In this document: positions 12,447 to 23,530 of the stretch, piece by piece
Position numbering within the stretch: the first letter of the stretch is position 1
How the letters are laid out: every line of letters begins with the position of its first letter
Source of the DNA: Veleropilina oligotropha
Lineage: Eukaryota
Direction of reading: 5' to 3'
Assembly: GCA_048128005.1 (NCBI GenBank)
Contig: JBEUKZ010000054.1
Location: 806,001-870,000, forward strand
DNA length: 64,000 nt
Position numbers and translations under genes: made by a program
Notes under the pieces: generated by a model
Told to the model about the DNA's origin: nothing
Database searches by the model: none
The model's input: only the letters and a program-made list of their open reading frames with translations

Positions 12447-13667
12447 TGTCACTTAAAACATTTCACCATTGAACAATAGCCTCATTCCCCACCATGTACC
12501 TCTATTGTAGTTATTGGAGTGCATTAGTTGAATGAAAGTCTTAATTGCCATGTATTAGATGAATGCCTTTAAATTATTCAACACCTGGGCCAACAAAGCT
12601 TTGTTCTTCGATTGAATAGGCAGAATAAACAACTGCCCAGAACAATAGATGACGTCACAGAAATGTTGAAGTCTGGATAGTTTTCATAAATTATATCAAG
12701 CAGTGATGCGTGACACCTAATAATAATTGCCTTACGCACCCCACGCAGTGATTGGTTACCTCAGGTATTTATTCCAGCAGTTCAAAATTGCAAATTGAAA
12801 TGCAAAGAATGTTATATAAAATTTTCACTTTTGCGTTCCATGATAATGGTGATAAATAGATGCATGTACATCAATCATACACCAGGTATTAAAGCAAGGT
12901 GATCTCTTTATTTATTCATTTTGATTTAGCAATTATTTCTGCCTCATTGAGTCTTGCCATTGAATTACTACAGATCAAATTAATACTTATAAATTAATAT
13001 TAATCATTGCAAGCCAGTGACCGAGATTTTACTGATAGATCTATGCAGTGTTTAGAGAATAACGCAATAGCACCTTAGCATATCTACCTGCTCGCTACGC
13101 CACTTACATTTCAGCCACTCATCACGATGGCTGCCCTTAGTCCTTGTTTATATTTGTTTATATATAAGGAGGCTTTTTGTCACGATTTGAGTGCATGAAA
13201 TGATAACGCTCAACTGAAAAGTAATATATCAGGTACTCTTGGTATCTGAAGTTACTAGTATTGAAATATTGTGCGTAGTATTTGTCCTGAATAAATAGTC
13301 GTACATATACTTATTATTATTTATAACTTGTGACAGTGAATTATTTTACCTATGAGTAGATGATATTCCCTTTAGTGGCGGAGTTGCTGAACCTTTTGCT
13401 CATTAACTGCACTGATCACAACTCTGAAATAATTTAGTTTAAATATTGTACCGCTAAAAAACAGTGTTTTATAAAACATTTTTTGTCAACAATTCTCATA
13501 AGATAATTGATACTTAAAACATTCCTGTGATGTTACTCTATTGTACTTGAGATATTCCTATCAACAGGTATTTATTTTCTTTCTACGATTTGAAAATTAA
13601 AGTGTTTTTCTATATAATTATGTGTATAAATATTGCTCGTTAACTTCTTACATTGCATGTTTTTCAG

Positions 13668-13944
13668 CTGTACTGGTGGCCCTGATCCCCGCCTTCCGTG
13701 TAGCGCCGGCACGGCCAACAGTAACGGCAACTCTGTGTCCTCTGCTGATTGCACGCCGTGTAACAGCAACGAGATCAGCTCTGCAGGGTCTGCCGCGTGT
13801 ACGCTCTGTCCAGCCGGCTCCAGCTGCTCCGGACTGACCACCTCGTCGGCGTGTACAGCCGGAACGTATTCATTGGACGGCGACACAGCGTGTACACCAT
13901 GCCCAGCAGGGTCGTACTGCGCAACCACAGCCACAGCCCCCGCA
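13668..13944 (+). CDS. Exon 2, Cys-rich repeat protein
   Basis: ttttcag|...|gtaagc; CTGGPDPRLPCSAGTANSNG...CTLCPAGSSC...CTPCPAGSYCATTATAPA. Confidence 0.92.
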
Positions 13945-13996
13945 GTAAGCTACGCTATTGGTCATCGCATTCTGGGGACCAAGTCACATTTAAAAT

Positions 13997-14618
13997 CGGT
14001 TCATCAGATCACAGACGTTGAGTCTGAACAGTCGGTTCATCAGATCACAGACGTCGAGTCTGATCAGTCGGTTCATCAGATCACAGACGTCGAGTCTGAT
14101 CAGTCGGTTCATCAGATCACAGACATCTGATCAGTCGGTTCATCAGATCACTGATGCAGAGTCTGATCAGTCGGTTCATCAGATCACAGACATTGAGTCT
14201 GATCGGTCGGTTCATCAGATCACAGACATTGAGTCTGATCAGTCGGTTCATCAGATCATAGACATTGAATCTGATCGATCGGTTCATCAGATCACAGACG
14301 TTGAGTCTGATCAGTCGGTTCATCAGATCACAGACGTCTGATCAGTCGGATCATCAGATCACAGACATTGAATCTGATCAGTCGGTTCATCAGATCACAG
14401 ACATTGAGTCTGATCAGTCGGTTCATCAGATCACAGACGTTGAGTCTGATCAGTCGGTTTATCAGATCATAGACATTGAATCTGATCGATCGGTTCATCA
14501 GATCACAGACATTGAGTCTGATCAGTCGGTTCATCAGATCACAGACGTTGAGTCTGATCAGTCGGTTTATCAGATCACAGGCTGTGAATCTGATCAGTCG
14601 GTTCATCAGATCAGTCGG
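13997..14618. repeat. 36-bp minisatellite, ~17 copies
   Basis: Unit TCGGTTCATCAGATCACAGACGTTGAGTCTGATCAG. Confidence 0.93.
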
Positions 14619-15194
14619 TGGCTGGGTGACCATGCCGTCTGTCTGATCTGACAGAGACCATAAACCGATGTAGACAAAACCGTTCGATCTAACAGAAACC
14701 ATACAGAGACCTTAAACTGATGTCCGTGTGATATCAAAACCGTCTGATTGGACATAGACCTTAAGCAGATGTAGGCAAAACCATCTGATTGGACAGATAC
14801 CTTAAACCGATGTAGACAAAACCGTCTACAAAACCGTCTGATTGGACAGAGACCTTAAAAAACAAATAAATACAAATAAAAAATTCAATTGTGATCGCAT
14901 ATCTAATTGAAGGAACTAAGTAAATTAAATCATCAATGTTGAACTAAAACATGCAAGTTTTCATCGTTTGGGCAAGATAATGTTAACATCAGGTCGCACT
15001 GACTCTCGTAGCGGGCCTAGAGGGGACTGCTCTGTTTCATACTAGGAGGATATATCCATGCCATTAGGGTGTCAATAAATAGGGATTTAAAATGTAAATG
15101 ATAAAAATTTAAAAGTTTCAGCAATTAAGATATTTATATTTCTTCTTCATTATAGAGTGATGTTGTGTATACTTATATATTCTTGCACTGCTGC

Positions 15195-16432
15195 GTATGT
15201 AGTGCTCGTTTATCCCGGGTATGTAGTGCTCGTTTATCCTGGGTATGTAGTGCTCGTTTATCCTGGGTATGTAGTGCTCGTTTATCCTGGGTATGTAGTG
15301 CTCGTTTATCCTGGGTATGTAGTGCTCGTTTATCCTGGGTATGTAGTGCTGGTTTATCCTGGGTATGTAGTGCTGGTTTATCCTGGGTATGTAGTGCTGG
15401 TTTATCCTGGGTATGTAGTGCTGGTTTATCCTGGGTATGTAGTGCTCGTTTATCCTGGGTATGTAGTGCTCGTTTATCCTGGGTATGTAGTGCTCGTTTA
15501 TCCTGGGTATGTAGTGCTCGTTTATCCTGGGTATGTAGTGCTCGTTTATCCTGGGTATGTTGTGCTCGTTTATCCTGCGTATGTAGTGCTCGTTTATCCT
15601 GCGTATGTAGTGCTCGTTTATCCTGGGTATGTAGTGCTCGTTTATCCTGGGTATGTAGTGCTCGTTTATCCTGGGTATGTAGTGCTCGTTTATCCTGGGT
15701 ATGTAGTGCTCGTTTATCCTGGGTATGTAGTGCTCGTTTATCCTGCGTATGCAGTGCTCGTTTATCCTGCGTATGTAGTGCTCGTTTATCCTGGGTAAGT
15801 AGTGCTCGTTTATCCTGGGTATGTAGTGCTCGTTTATCCTGGGTATGTAGTGCTCGTTTATCCTGGGTATGTAGTGCTCGTTTTTCCTGGGTATGTAGTG
15901 CTCGTTTATCCTGGGTATGTAGTGCTCGTTTATCCTGGGTATGTAGTGCTCGTTTATCCTGGGTATGTAGTGCTCGTTTATCCTGGGTATGTAGTGCTCG
16001 TTTATCCTGGGTATGTAGTGCTCGTTTATCCTGGGTATGTAGTGCTCGTTTATCCTGGGTATGTAGTGCTCGTTTATCCTGGGTATGTAGTGCTCGTTTA
16101 TCCTGGGTATGTAGTGCTCGTTTATCCTGGTTATGTAGTGCTCGTTTATCCTGCGTATGTAGTGCTCGTTTATCCTGGGTATGTAATGCTCGTTTATCCT
16201 GGGTATGTAGTGCTCGTTTATCCTGGGTATGTAGTGCTCGTTTATCCTGGGTATGTAGTGCTCGTTTATCCTGGGTATGTAGTGCTCGTTTATCCTGGGT
16301 ATGTAGTGCTCGTTTATCCTGCGTATGTAGTGCTCGTTTATCCTGGGTATGTAGTGCTCGTTTATCCTGGGTATGTAGTGCTCGTTTATCCTGGGTATGT
16401 AGTGCTCTTTTATCCTGGGTATGTAGTGCTCG
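15195..16432. repeat. 24-bp minisatellite, left part (split by DIRS insertion)
   Basis: Unit TATGTAGTGCTCGTTTATCCTGGG, ~51 copies. Confidence 0.95.
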
Positions 16433-17405
16433 TATGTAGTTACAAACTTATTTACGTCCTTACTCTTGCCATAATAGTAATATTATCGCTAACCGGAAAC
16501 AGTGAATAAGTCACATTATGCACTCTTTATAAGTCAAAACGTACCACGATTACCTCCCCTGCTCCCGCTCTCCTAAGTTCCCCCAGCGAGATCTCGCCAA
16601 GTCTCGCGAGACTTCCGAACCATCGAAGTCACAAGACCTCAATTCAAAGTTTTCCGCGAAAACGGAAAGACGTGTTTTTTTGCTCCGCAAATCTTTCGAT
16701 TTTGTCTTCGATTTTTACGTTAAGATCGAGGGCGATTAACGACAACTTTATATAAGTTGTGAAGGATTATAACCCTGTGTTGTGGATATAACAAAACACA
16801 TGTGAATAGTGTTGATCATAGATGATTTGAAGATACCAAGTTCTAAAAATCACCTGAAACCGACATCGCCGCTGTTGCAGGGAAAAGCATGGCCGCCTAG
16901 AGGGGAAAATTCGTAATTAGAAGAAATTTCTGGTCGGTATTCTTATCTGATATTGTTTGAGACTGCAAACAGGTAACTCATTATATTGGATAATTCCTTA
17001 ACGACGCTATTGCTGGTTATTATTGTATAAAATTTCTAGCGTCGTTAATCGGCAGGATCGTTTTGATATCACGCTTGCGTTTTTCTGATATCCTGCCGTT
17101 TCTGGGATAATACGCCATTGTACTAACATAAAAACATCCACGAGGTTTTCAGGTGTTTTTCTGGGCGGTTTTTTCGAAGAAAGAACCCCCGTTTGTTCTA
17201 GTCAATTTGCCGGATTACCGGGTCGTGTCGGGTAAATACCCGACCTCGGTGTTCCCAGTTCGGGGTTTTTTGCGGTATATCGCTGATCTTTGATCTTCAG
17301 ATCAGGGCAATTTAGAAGAGTTGTCGTAGTATCTAGTCACACTACCTTATATATACCTATTTATCTACCCCATACACCCACTACCACCCTCCCGTGTATT
17401 CAGCT

Positions 17406-19660
17406 ATGGTCCGGTGCAGTAGCTCCGGGTGTAACCAGAAAATTCACGGATTTGATAAGCACAAGGAATGCCGTATTCACCGTACTTGTAGTCTTAAACT
17501 TCAATGTGATCTGTGCCTTCTTTTATCAGATAAGCAGTGGGCGGTTCTAGCTCACCAGGGTAAGTCGACCAGGGCGACTGCCACGGTGGGTCCTTCCCCT
17601 GAGAAGGGTCAGGAAGAGGCGAGTAAGTTAACGAGTTCCCTTAGGGGTTCCGTAAGGGATAACGTTTCTTCTTTCTCTGATTCAGGGACGCTAATGGACG
17701 CCAGCAGACCTAAGGGGCCAGCTGTCGCCGGACTCTTGGGGGAGTCACCGAAACCCTGCCGGGACCCCAGATTCAGGTAACGGCCCGAGCGCCGACCGTT
17801 CCTCCTCAAACGGGCCAAGTAACTGCAGCCAACCATACCTTGCCGGCTAGCAAGGTATATCTGGCAGCGCAGCGAACCGCTGAACAGGGCAGACAATCCC
17901 CTACCTTTTCTTCGGCCTCGAAGAATAAGGGGACAGTTAGTCCTTCTGCGGGAACCTCCCTATTTGACGATAGGGAGCGACCCAATGAGAAAGCCTTTAA
18001 AGAGGCCGGGCACCTACTTGTAGGTCTAAGACTCGGACAATCGGCGACACCTGGATCCTCGATCGAGACCGACGCGACTTCCCCTAGGGGTTTTCCGCTC
18101 AACCTCGAAGCTCACGAGACATTCAGAGGGCCCGTTCTTTCCCGTGCACCCACGATGGTCACCCTAGAGAACGTGGACAGACCGGCTGCGTTCGGGACGG
18201 GGTTCTACGGCGGTTTTCCGACCGTGCCTCGACCGAGCAGAGTGGTAGACCGATCTGAACTGTTGCCGCAGTTCTATCGGTCGTCCGGCCCACTGACTGC
18301 GCCTTCGGGCCAGCCCTTCGGGTTCGACCCCTCGACAAGTGCCCTAGGACCCTGGTCCTCGGTACCACCTGTCCATGCAGCCCGTCTACCTAGCGCCACG
18401 GTTTCCTCGACTGAACTACCGGCTGTTAGTTCAACGCCCGTCCTGCCTCCGGGTTTCTCTTTGGAGAACGTCCAGGCATGGATCGCGGCGGGGATCGAGG
18501 AACAGTGTAAGGCCTGGCCGACGGCTCCCCAGCCGCGCCTGGTACCTACACATCTGCCCATGGCGCAGAGCACGGCTCCTGCCTCCGTGATGGAGATCGA
18601 CCCTCGTTCCGACGAGGACCTCGATTCACGTCACTCCGACCTCCCTGAATCGGTCGGGCCCGAAGACGCTAGTCTTTCAGGCACGCAGGAGCCGACCTCC
18701 TCCACCCGCCGAAGGCTCGACGCCGTTGCGTCACTTCGCGGGGTGCTTGGCTTGTCGGAACCGACTCGGTCGGCCGTAGACGTAGTCAAACACAGGACGG
18801 CAGCACATCGGTTTGTTGCGAGGGAAGCCCCCGAGCTCCCCTCCTTACCTCAGTCTGGGTTGGTTGATCTTGTCGTCGACTCGATCACCAAGCTCATTCA
18901 GGGGCGCAATCCGGTGGAGTCCTCCCCGCTGAACGAGTTCCCTTCGGGGTTCCGTAGTGGGAGGTACCTCCGGGCCAGTTCGCGAGCGATCCCGTTCGCC
19001 TGTACTGGTCCGTGCCTAGCGACTGACCCGGCTCGTGTCGACGCTTCGTTGCGTCGACTGACCGCCAGTCACACTCCCTCCGTGGCGAAAGTTCCTTGGT
19101 CCGCCTTGGAAGCTTTCGAGAGCGCCGCCCGACGGGCTCTGCGGCTGTCGTCCGTACAGGATTTTTTCCTGGACGGTGCGATAGCCGTACTACAGGAGGA
19201 TGGACCCGGCGCCCACGAGGCTGCCCTGTCCTTCCTCCAGGAGGTTGCTGCCGTGCAGGAGACCAGCGCGTTGGAGACGGGACGTGTCCTGGGCAATGCG
19301 CTCCTACTTCGTAGGGACGCTTGCCTGGAAGGCACCTCGCTAGACGAGGCCACCCGGCGCTCATTGCGATGCGTGCCTTGCTCGGCCACCACTCTCTTTG
19401 GCGACAACTTTTCGGAGTTCGTCGACAAGAGAGCGGCGGATATGAAGGACCGTGCCATCGAGAAGGCAGTACTGCACCCCACCCGGGGTCCACCTGCCGA
19501 CTCGAAGAAGCGCTCAGGGCCCACCCCGGCCCCGAAGCCTTCTAAGCGTGCGAAGCCCTCGTCGGGTGGTAGGCCTCCGGCCAATAAACCCACTCCGAAG
19601 AGGCAAGCACCTCCAGCAAAATCCCGTAAGCAGAGCGGGAGAGGGAAGCCTCGGCCCTAG
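17406..19660 (+). CDS. gag: DIRS gag-like ORF1 (N-terminal Cys/His knuckle); frameshifted near 17732
   Basis: ATG 17406 MVRCSSSGCNQKIHGFDKHKECRIHRTCSLKLQCDLC; long frame continues to TAG 19660 with LLRRDACL/ATTLFG motifs; 22 nt missing relative to copy 2 shift the frame. Confidence 0.8.
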
Positions 19661-21734
19661 GGTTGCCGGCATTCGCGACGGTCTCAGTTGCTCGCTTCCG
19701 CCGGTGGGAGCGTGCCTGTCAGCGCACAGCCAGTCATGGCTAGAGCTGACAGACAGCAACTGGGTCCACTTAGTCGTGAGTGCCGGATACAAGTTGGCAT
19801 TCAACCGGCATCCGACCTTAACCGAGGCACCACCATCAAGACACGCTCGCCTCCTAAACGGAGAGAAACAAGCGGTCTTAGACCAGGCAGTGCGGGATTT
19901 GCTCCTAAAAAGAGCGATATATCCCGCGCCGCCCAGCACACCAGGATTTTACAGCCATTTCTTCCTGGTCCCGAAACCCGATGGCCGCTGGAGACCGATC
20001 CTCGATCTCTCATATCTCAACCGATATCTTCGTACCGAGAAATTCCAGCAAGAAACCCTCTCGAAGATTCGAGCGGCCATCCGTCCGGGCGACTGGGCAG
20101 CGTCTATCGATCTGACCGACGCGTATCTGCATGTCCCGATGCATGTCACGGCTCATCAGTACCTTCGGTTTATACACGGGGAGACGATCTACCAATTCAG
20201 GTGCCTACCGTTCGGTCTATCGTCAGCCCCTTACGTCTTCACGAGAACAGTACAGGCCCTAGGGGCCTTCCTACACTCTCTAGGGCACAGGGTACATATG
20301 TACCTCGACGACTGGCTGATCCTCGGGGCGTCCCGGGATCTGTGCCTCCGGTCTACGAGCTTTACCCTGTCATCGACGAAGCGCCTGGGATTTCAGATCA
20401 ACGAGACAAAATCCTGCTTCGTACCCTCGACGACGTTTACGTTCCTCGGAGTCGACTTCGATACGGTCCGGTACACCGCGAAGCCGACCCAGAAGCGTAT
20501 GCGGAACCTACGCGCGGTTATCCAAGACACCCTGTCATCGGACATAACTACAGCGCGACAACTGGCCACTGTCCTAGGGCACATCGAGTCGGTAGCGACC
20601 CTGCTACCGATGGGTCGCATGGACAAACGACCGTTGCAGCAGGCGTTCAGGGATCGCTGGATACAACGGACGGGGCAGTGGACGGATCGCATCGATCTAC
20701 GGCATTGGTTTACCAGCACAACAGCAGTGTGGTTGAACCCTGCTTTGCCGGACCAGTCGGTTCCTATCTCCCCGCCAGAGCCGAACGCTTACCTGTTCAC
20801 AGACGCTTCGAACGACGGCTGGGGTGGTCACCTCGACAGTTACGAGACATCAGGCCTATGGCCGACGGACCTTCAGGGACGGCACATCAACTTTCTAGAG
20901 TTAGAAGCGGTCTACCTGACAGTACGGTCCCTCTCGTCACATCTCCGCAACAAGCACATAATGCTCGCCACGGACAACATGACTGTCGTCGCTTACATTC
21001 AGCACCAGGGCGGCACTCGCTCGCGTCCCCTTTGCGACCGAGCAATAGACCTACACCGCTTAGTGATGTCCCTCAACTCGACGATTCGAGCCCGACACAT
21101 CCCGGGAAAGCTGAATGTCAGAGCGGATTCGCTCTCTCGGAAATCACAGATAATACACACAGAGTGGACGCTACACAGCCGAGTAGCTCGGGATGTTTGC
21201 CGCCGGTGGTCGCAACCCCAAGTCGATCTGTTTGCAACAGAATTCAATTACCGACTACCTCTGTATGTCTCCCCGTACCCGGACCCGGCCGCCCTAGCGG
21301 TCGACGCACTGTCAATGACATGGGAGAATCTGTCCGCGTATGCCTTCCCCCCGTCGTGCATTCTATCACTGGTATTACAGAAGGCATCGAACGAACGTTG
21401 CGAGATAACGCTAATAGCGCCCCTGTATCGCACGCAACCTTGGTTTCCGACCCTCCTCGATCTGATCGTCGATCGACCGTTAGCGCTACCACAGAAACTA
21501 GACCTGTTAATGCAGCCGCGCACCCGTGTACTCCACGAATCGCCGAACGACTTACGTTTACACGCCTGGCGGTTATCGAACGATCCCTTGCTAAGAAAGG
21601 ATTTTCTAAAGCTACAGCCCTACGCATCTACCGATCGAGAAGGCTTTCCACGACAAAAGTTTATGACTACCGATGGGTTAAGTACGTGGATTGGTGTCAC
21701 AGCAGGCAGGTCAATATACTCCGTCCCCCTGTGA
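19452..21734 (+). CDS. pol: DIRS pol: reverse transcriptase, RNase H, methyltransferase-like domain
   Basis: FFLVPKPDGRWRPILDL, IDLTDAYLHVP, LPFGLSSAP, YLDD, LFTDASNDGWGG, VDLFAT...AYAFPP; intact 760-aa ORF. Confidence 0.95.
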   Translation: MPSRRQYCTPPGVHLPTRRSAQGPPRPRSLLSVRSPRRVVGLRPINPLRRGKHLQQNPVSRAGEGSLGPRVAGIRDGLSCSLPPVGACLSAHSQSWLELTDSNWVHLVVSAGYKLAFNRHPTLTEAPPSRHARLLNGEKQAVLDQAVRDLLLKRAIYPAPPSTPGFYSHFFLVPKPDGRWRPILDLSYLNRYLRTEKFQQETLSKIRAAIRPGDWAASIDLTDAYLHVPMHVTAHQYLRFIHGETIYQFRCLPFGLSSAPYVFTRTVQALGAFLHSLGHRVHMYLDDWLILGASRDLCLRSTSFTLSSTKRLGFQINETKSCFVPSTTFTFLGVDFDTVRYTAKPTQKRMRNLRAVIQDTLSSDITTARQLATVLGHIESVATLLPMGRMDKRPLQQAFRDRWIQRTGQWTDRIDLRHWFTSTTAVWLNPALPDQSVPISPPEPNAYLFTDASNDGWGGHLDSYETSGLWPTDLQGRHINFLELEAVYLTVRSLSSHLRNKHIMLATDNMTVVAYIQHQGGTRSRPLCDRAIDLHRLVMSLNSTIRARHIPGKLNVRADSLSRKSQIIHTEWTLHSRVARDVCRRWSQPQVDLFATEFNYRLPLYVSPYPDPAALAVDALSMTWENLSAYAFPPSCILSLVLQKASNERCEITLIAPLYRTQPWFPTLLDLIVDRPLALPQKLDLLMQPRTRVLHESPNDLRLHAWRLSNDPLLRKDFLKLQPYASTDREGFPRQKFMTTDGLSTWIGVTAGRSIYSVPL

Positions 21735-22645
21735 ACAAGTTTATCGAGTTTTTATCGTCGCTCTTCGACCGCGGTATGTCAGTGTCCGCCGTCAAAGGCT
21801 ATCGGGCAACGATCGCGACCACGTTAAAACAGTGTCGTGCCCATGCTGGCCTCTCTAACGACCGTACGATTTCAGATTTTATTCGATCCTACGAACTCGA
21901 GATGCCGACCCGAACCATTCGGCCACCTGCCTGGAATATTGTTCTAATTCTTAACGCTCTACACTTACCCCCGTACGAGCCGATGTCCACGATTTCTATG
22001 AGGAACTTAACGCACAAAACAGTTTTTCTGATCGCCTTAGCGTCGGGCAGGCGTTGTTCCGAGATTCATAGCTTATCCGCCGAGCTTCGTGATATTAGAT
22101 TCCAGTCAGACGGGTCGGTGATGCTGCGTCTTGTTCTGGGCTTCCTCGCCAAGAACCAACGGCCGAACGAGGACGCACCTGATATTATTATTCCCAAGCT
22201 TACGCTGGTCGGAAGGCATGATGAGGACCGGTTAAATTGCCCTGTACGGGCCCTGCGCTTCTACCTCGACAGAACCCGTGATCTAAGACAAGGAAAATTG
22301 CGTTTATTCATTTCGTATTTACCTTCCTTCACCCATGACATTACCAAGACTACTGTTTCGCGGTGGATTTCACAGGTGGTGAGAGATGTGTACTCTGGCT
22401 GTGAAGAAGTAGACCGCACTATTTTATCCGTGCGCGCGCACGAGGCCCGTGCAATCGCTGCGTCCATTGCCTTCCGACATAATTTAAATATTACAGCGTT
22501 GCTTCAAGCGGGTTACTGGAAAACAGCTAATGTCTTCGTTAAGTATTATCTGCGGGACTATTCAACCGGGGCTGACGGGTTGAGCACCCTACAATGTGTG
22601 GCTGCTCAACGTTGTATTGTTAGACCGAGGTCGTCTAATCAGTGA
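19688..22645 (+). CDS. DIRS tyrosine recombinase ORF (long N-terminal part overlaps pol)
   Basis: ASGRRCSEI (R), RAHEARAIAAS (HxxR), AGYW, FVKYYLR (Y); LNCPVRAL. Confidence 0.92.
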   Translation: MLASAGGSVPVSAQPVMARADRQQLGPLSRECRIQVGIQPASDLNRGTTIKTRSPPKRRETSGLRPGSAGFAPKKSDISRAAQHTRILQPFLPGPETRWPLETDPRSLISQPISSYREIPARNPLEDSSGHPSGRLGSVYRSDRRVSACPDACHGSSVPSVYTRGDDLPIQVPTVRSIVSPLRLHENSTGPRGLPTLSRAQGTYVPRRLADPRGVPGSVPPVYELYPVIDEAPGISDQRDKILLRTLDDVYVPRSRLRYGPVHREADPEAYAEPTRGYPRHPVIGHNYSATTGHCPRAHRVGSDPATDGSHGQTTVAAGVQGSLDTTDGAVDGSHRSTALVYQHNSSVVEPCFAGPVGSYLPARAERLPVHRRFERRLGWSPRQLRDIRPMADGPSGTAHQLSRVRSGLPDSTVPLVTSPQQAHNARHGQHDCRRLHSAPGRHSLASPLRPSNRPTPLSDVPQLDDSSPTHPGKAECQSGFALSEITDNTHRVDATQPSSSGCLPPVVATPSRSVCNRIQLPTTSVCLPVPGPGRPSGRRTVNDMGESVRVCLPPVVHSITGITEGIERTLRDNANSAPVSHATLVSDPPRSDRRSTVSATTETRPVNAAAHPCTPRIAERLTFTRLAVIERSLAKKGFSKATALRIYRSRRLSTTKVYDYRWVKYVDWCHSRQVNILRPPVNKFIEFLSSLFDRGMSVSAVKGYRATIATTLKQCRAHAGLSNDRTISDFIRSYELEMPTRTIRPPAWNIVLILNALHLPPYEPMSTISMRNLTHKTVFLIALASGRRCSEIHSLSAELRDIRFQSDGSVMLRLVLGFLAKNQRPNEDAPDIIIPKLTLVGRHDEDRLNCPVRALRFYLDRTRDLRQGKLRLFISYLPSFTHDITKTTVSRWISQVVRDVYSGCEEVDRTILSVRAHEARAIAASIAFRHNLNITALLQAGYWKTANVFVKYYLRDYSTGADGLSTLQCVAAQRCIVRPRSSNQ

Positions 22646-23437
22646 GTATTATTTGTTGATTGATCAATTTACATAATTCATGCTGACGCATTGTTATTTG
22701 TTGGCCTAGATGTTCGATGAAATCGACACATTATGAGGCGATTCAATGTCTGTTCATTTCTTAAAAACATTTTAAGATTTTGTACTTCATGTCATTTCTG
22801 AGTATATTGACAAGCCAGATTACATTGAATTTAATAAACAATTATATTGCGACAAACTTATAAGATTTGAGGTTCAATATTATTGATGTTCTATGCTGTA
22901 TAGACCATACGATGTTCAAGACATTGGAAAAAATTTAATATTTGCTTCCTTTAAATTTATTTTAAGTAACATGTCTTACATGTTAGCGTTTCGCAAGTTG
23001 GTCATGCGAATCAATTATTAATATCGATTATTTATTTAATCTATTAATTCTTTGCTTTGATTTCACGCTTTCACAACCTATTAGGTTCCGTGTGCTTACA
23101 AATCCGACTGCATCCTCTGGCTACCGGCCTTTGGCCAGGAGTACCATTTGGCTGCCACTGGCCCATGACACGTAAGACCTACAGGGATTCATCCTTCCGG
23201 CCGTGCCTGGAGCTGATTGCACTTCCGTTCACCTCGTCCGACTAACACCACGGCGTATTCTCCCGGTAACACTGGTCGAAATTCTCGCTTGGTAAGAGTT
23301 GAATATAATTCTCAGTAAATTCCACTCTGGGCGGACACAATCGACGCTTCGAGCTGATTGACATGGTGAAAAGTAAGTCATTATCTTGTTTGGGTTTGCT
23401 GTAAGGAACTTCTTACCCACCTATCCAAGGTTATTCT

Positions 23438-23530
23438 GGCAAGAGTAAGGACGTAAGTAAGTTTGTAACTACATATATATGAGGTTTTAAGGTAAACCTA
23501 ATATTAGTTAAAACATACTTACGTCCTTAC
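23438..23530. repeat. Internal complementary region (ICR) of DIRS copy 1
   Basis: GGCAAGAGTAAGGACGTAAGTAAGTTTGTAACTACATA is complementary to the left end; TGAGGTTTTAAGGTAAACCTAATATTAGTTAAAACATAC is complementary to the right end. Confidence 0.92.

Noticed and set aside
13945..14702. SVHQITDVESDQ repeat as a continuation of exon 2
   Set aside because: Lies beyond the GTAAG donor at 13945; 36-bp minisatellite with frame-breaking short units
15157..16509. YVVLVYPG / SARLSWVC repeat proteins in the ORF track
   Set aside because: Translations of a stop-free 24-bp minisatellite inside an intron
18159..21627. Antisense ORFs within the DIRS elements
   Set aside because: Expected by-products of GC-rich, dual-coding sequence; no recognisable motifs
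19452..22645. Bacterial retron/DGR or phage integrase system (RT plus tyrosine recombinase plus methylase)
   Set aside because: ITR/ICR structure and gag-pol-YR order identify a known eukaryotic DIRS retrotransposon
23350..23385. Hammerhead ribozyme (CTGATTGA...GAAA)
   Set aside because: Core deviates from CUGANGA, stem II is absent, and the motif is not kept in copy 2
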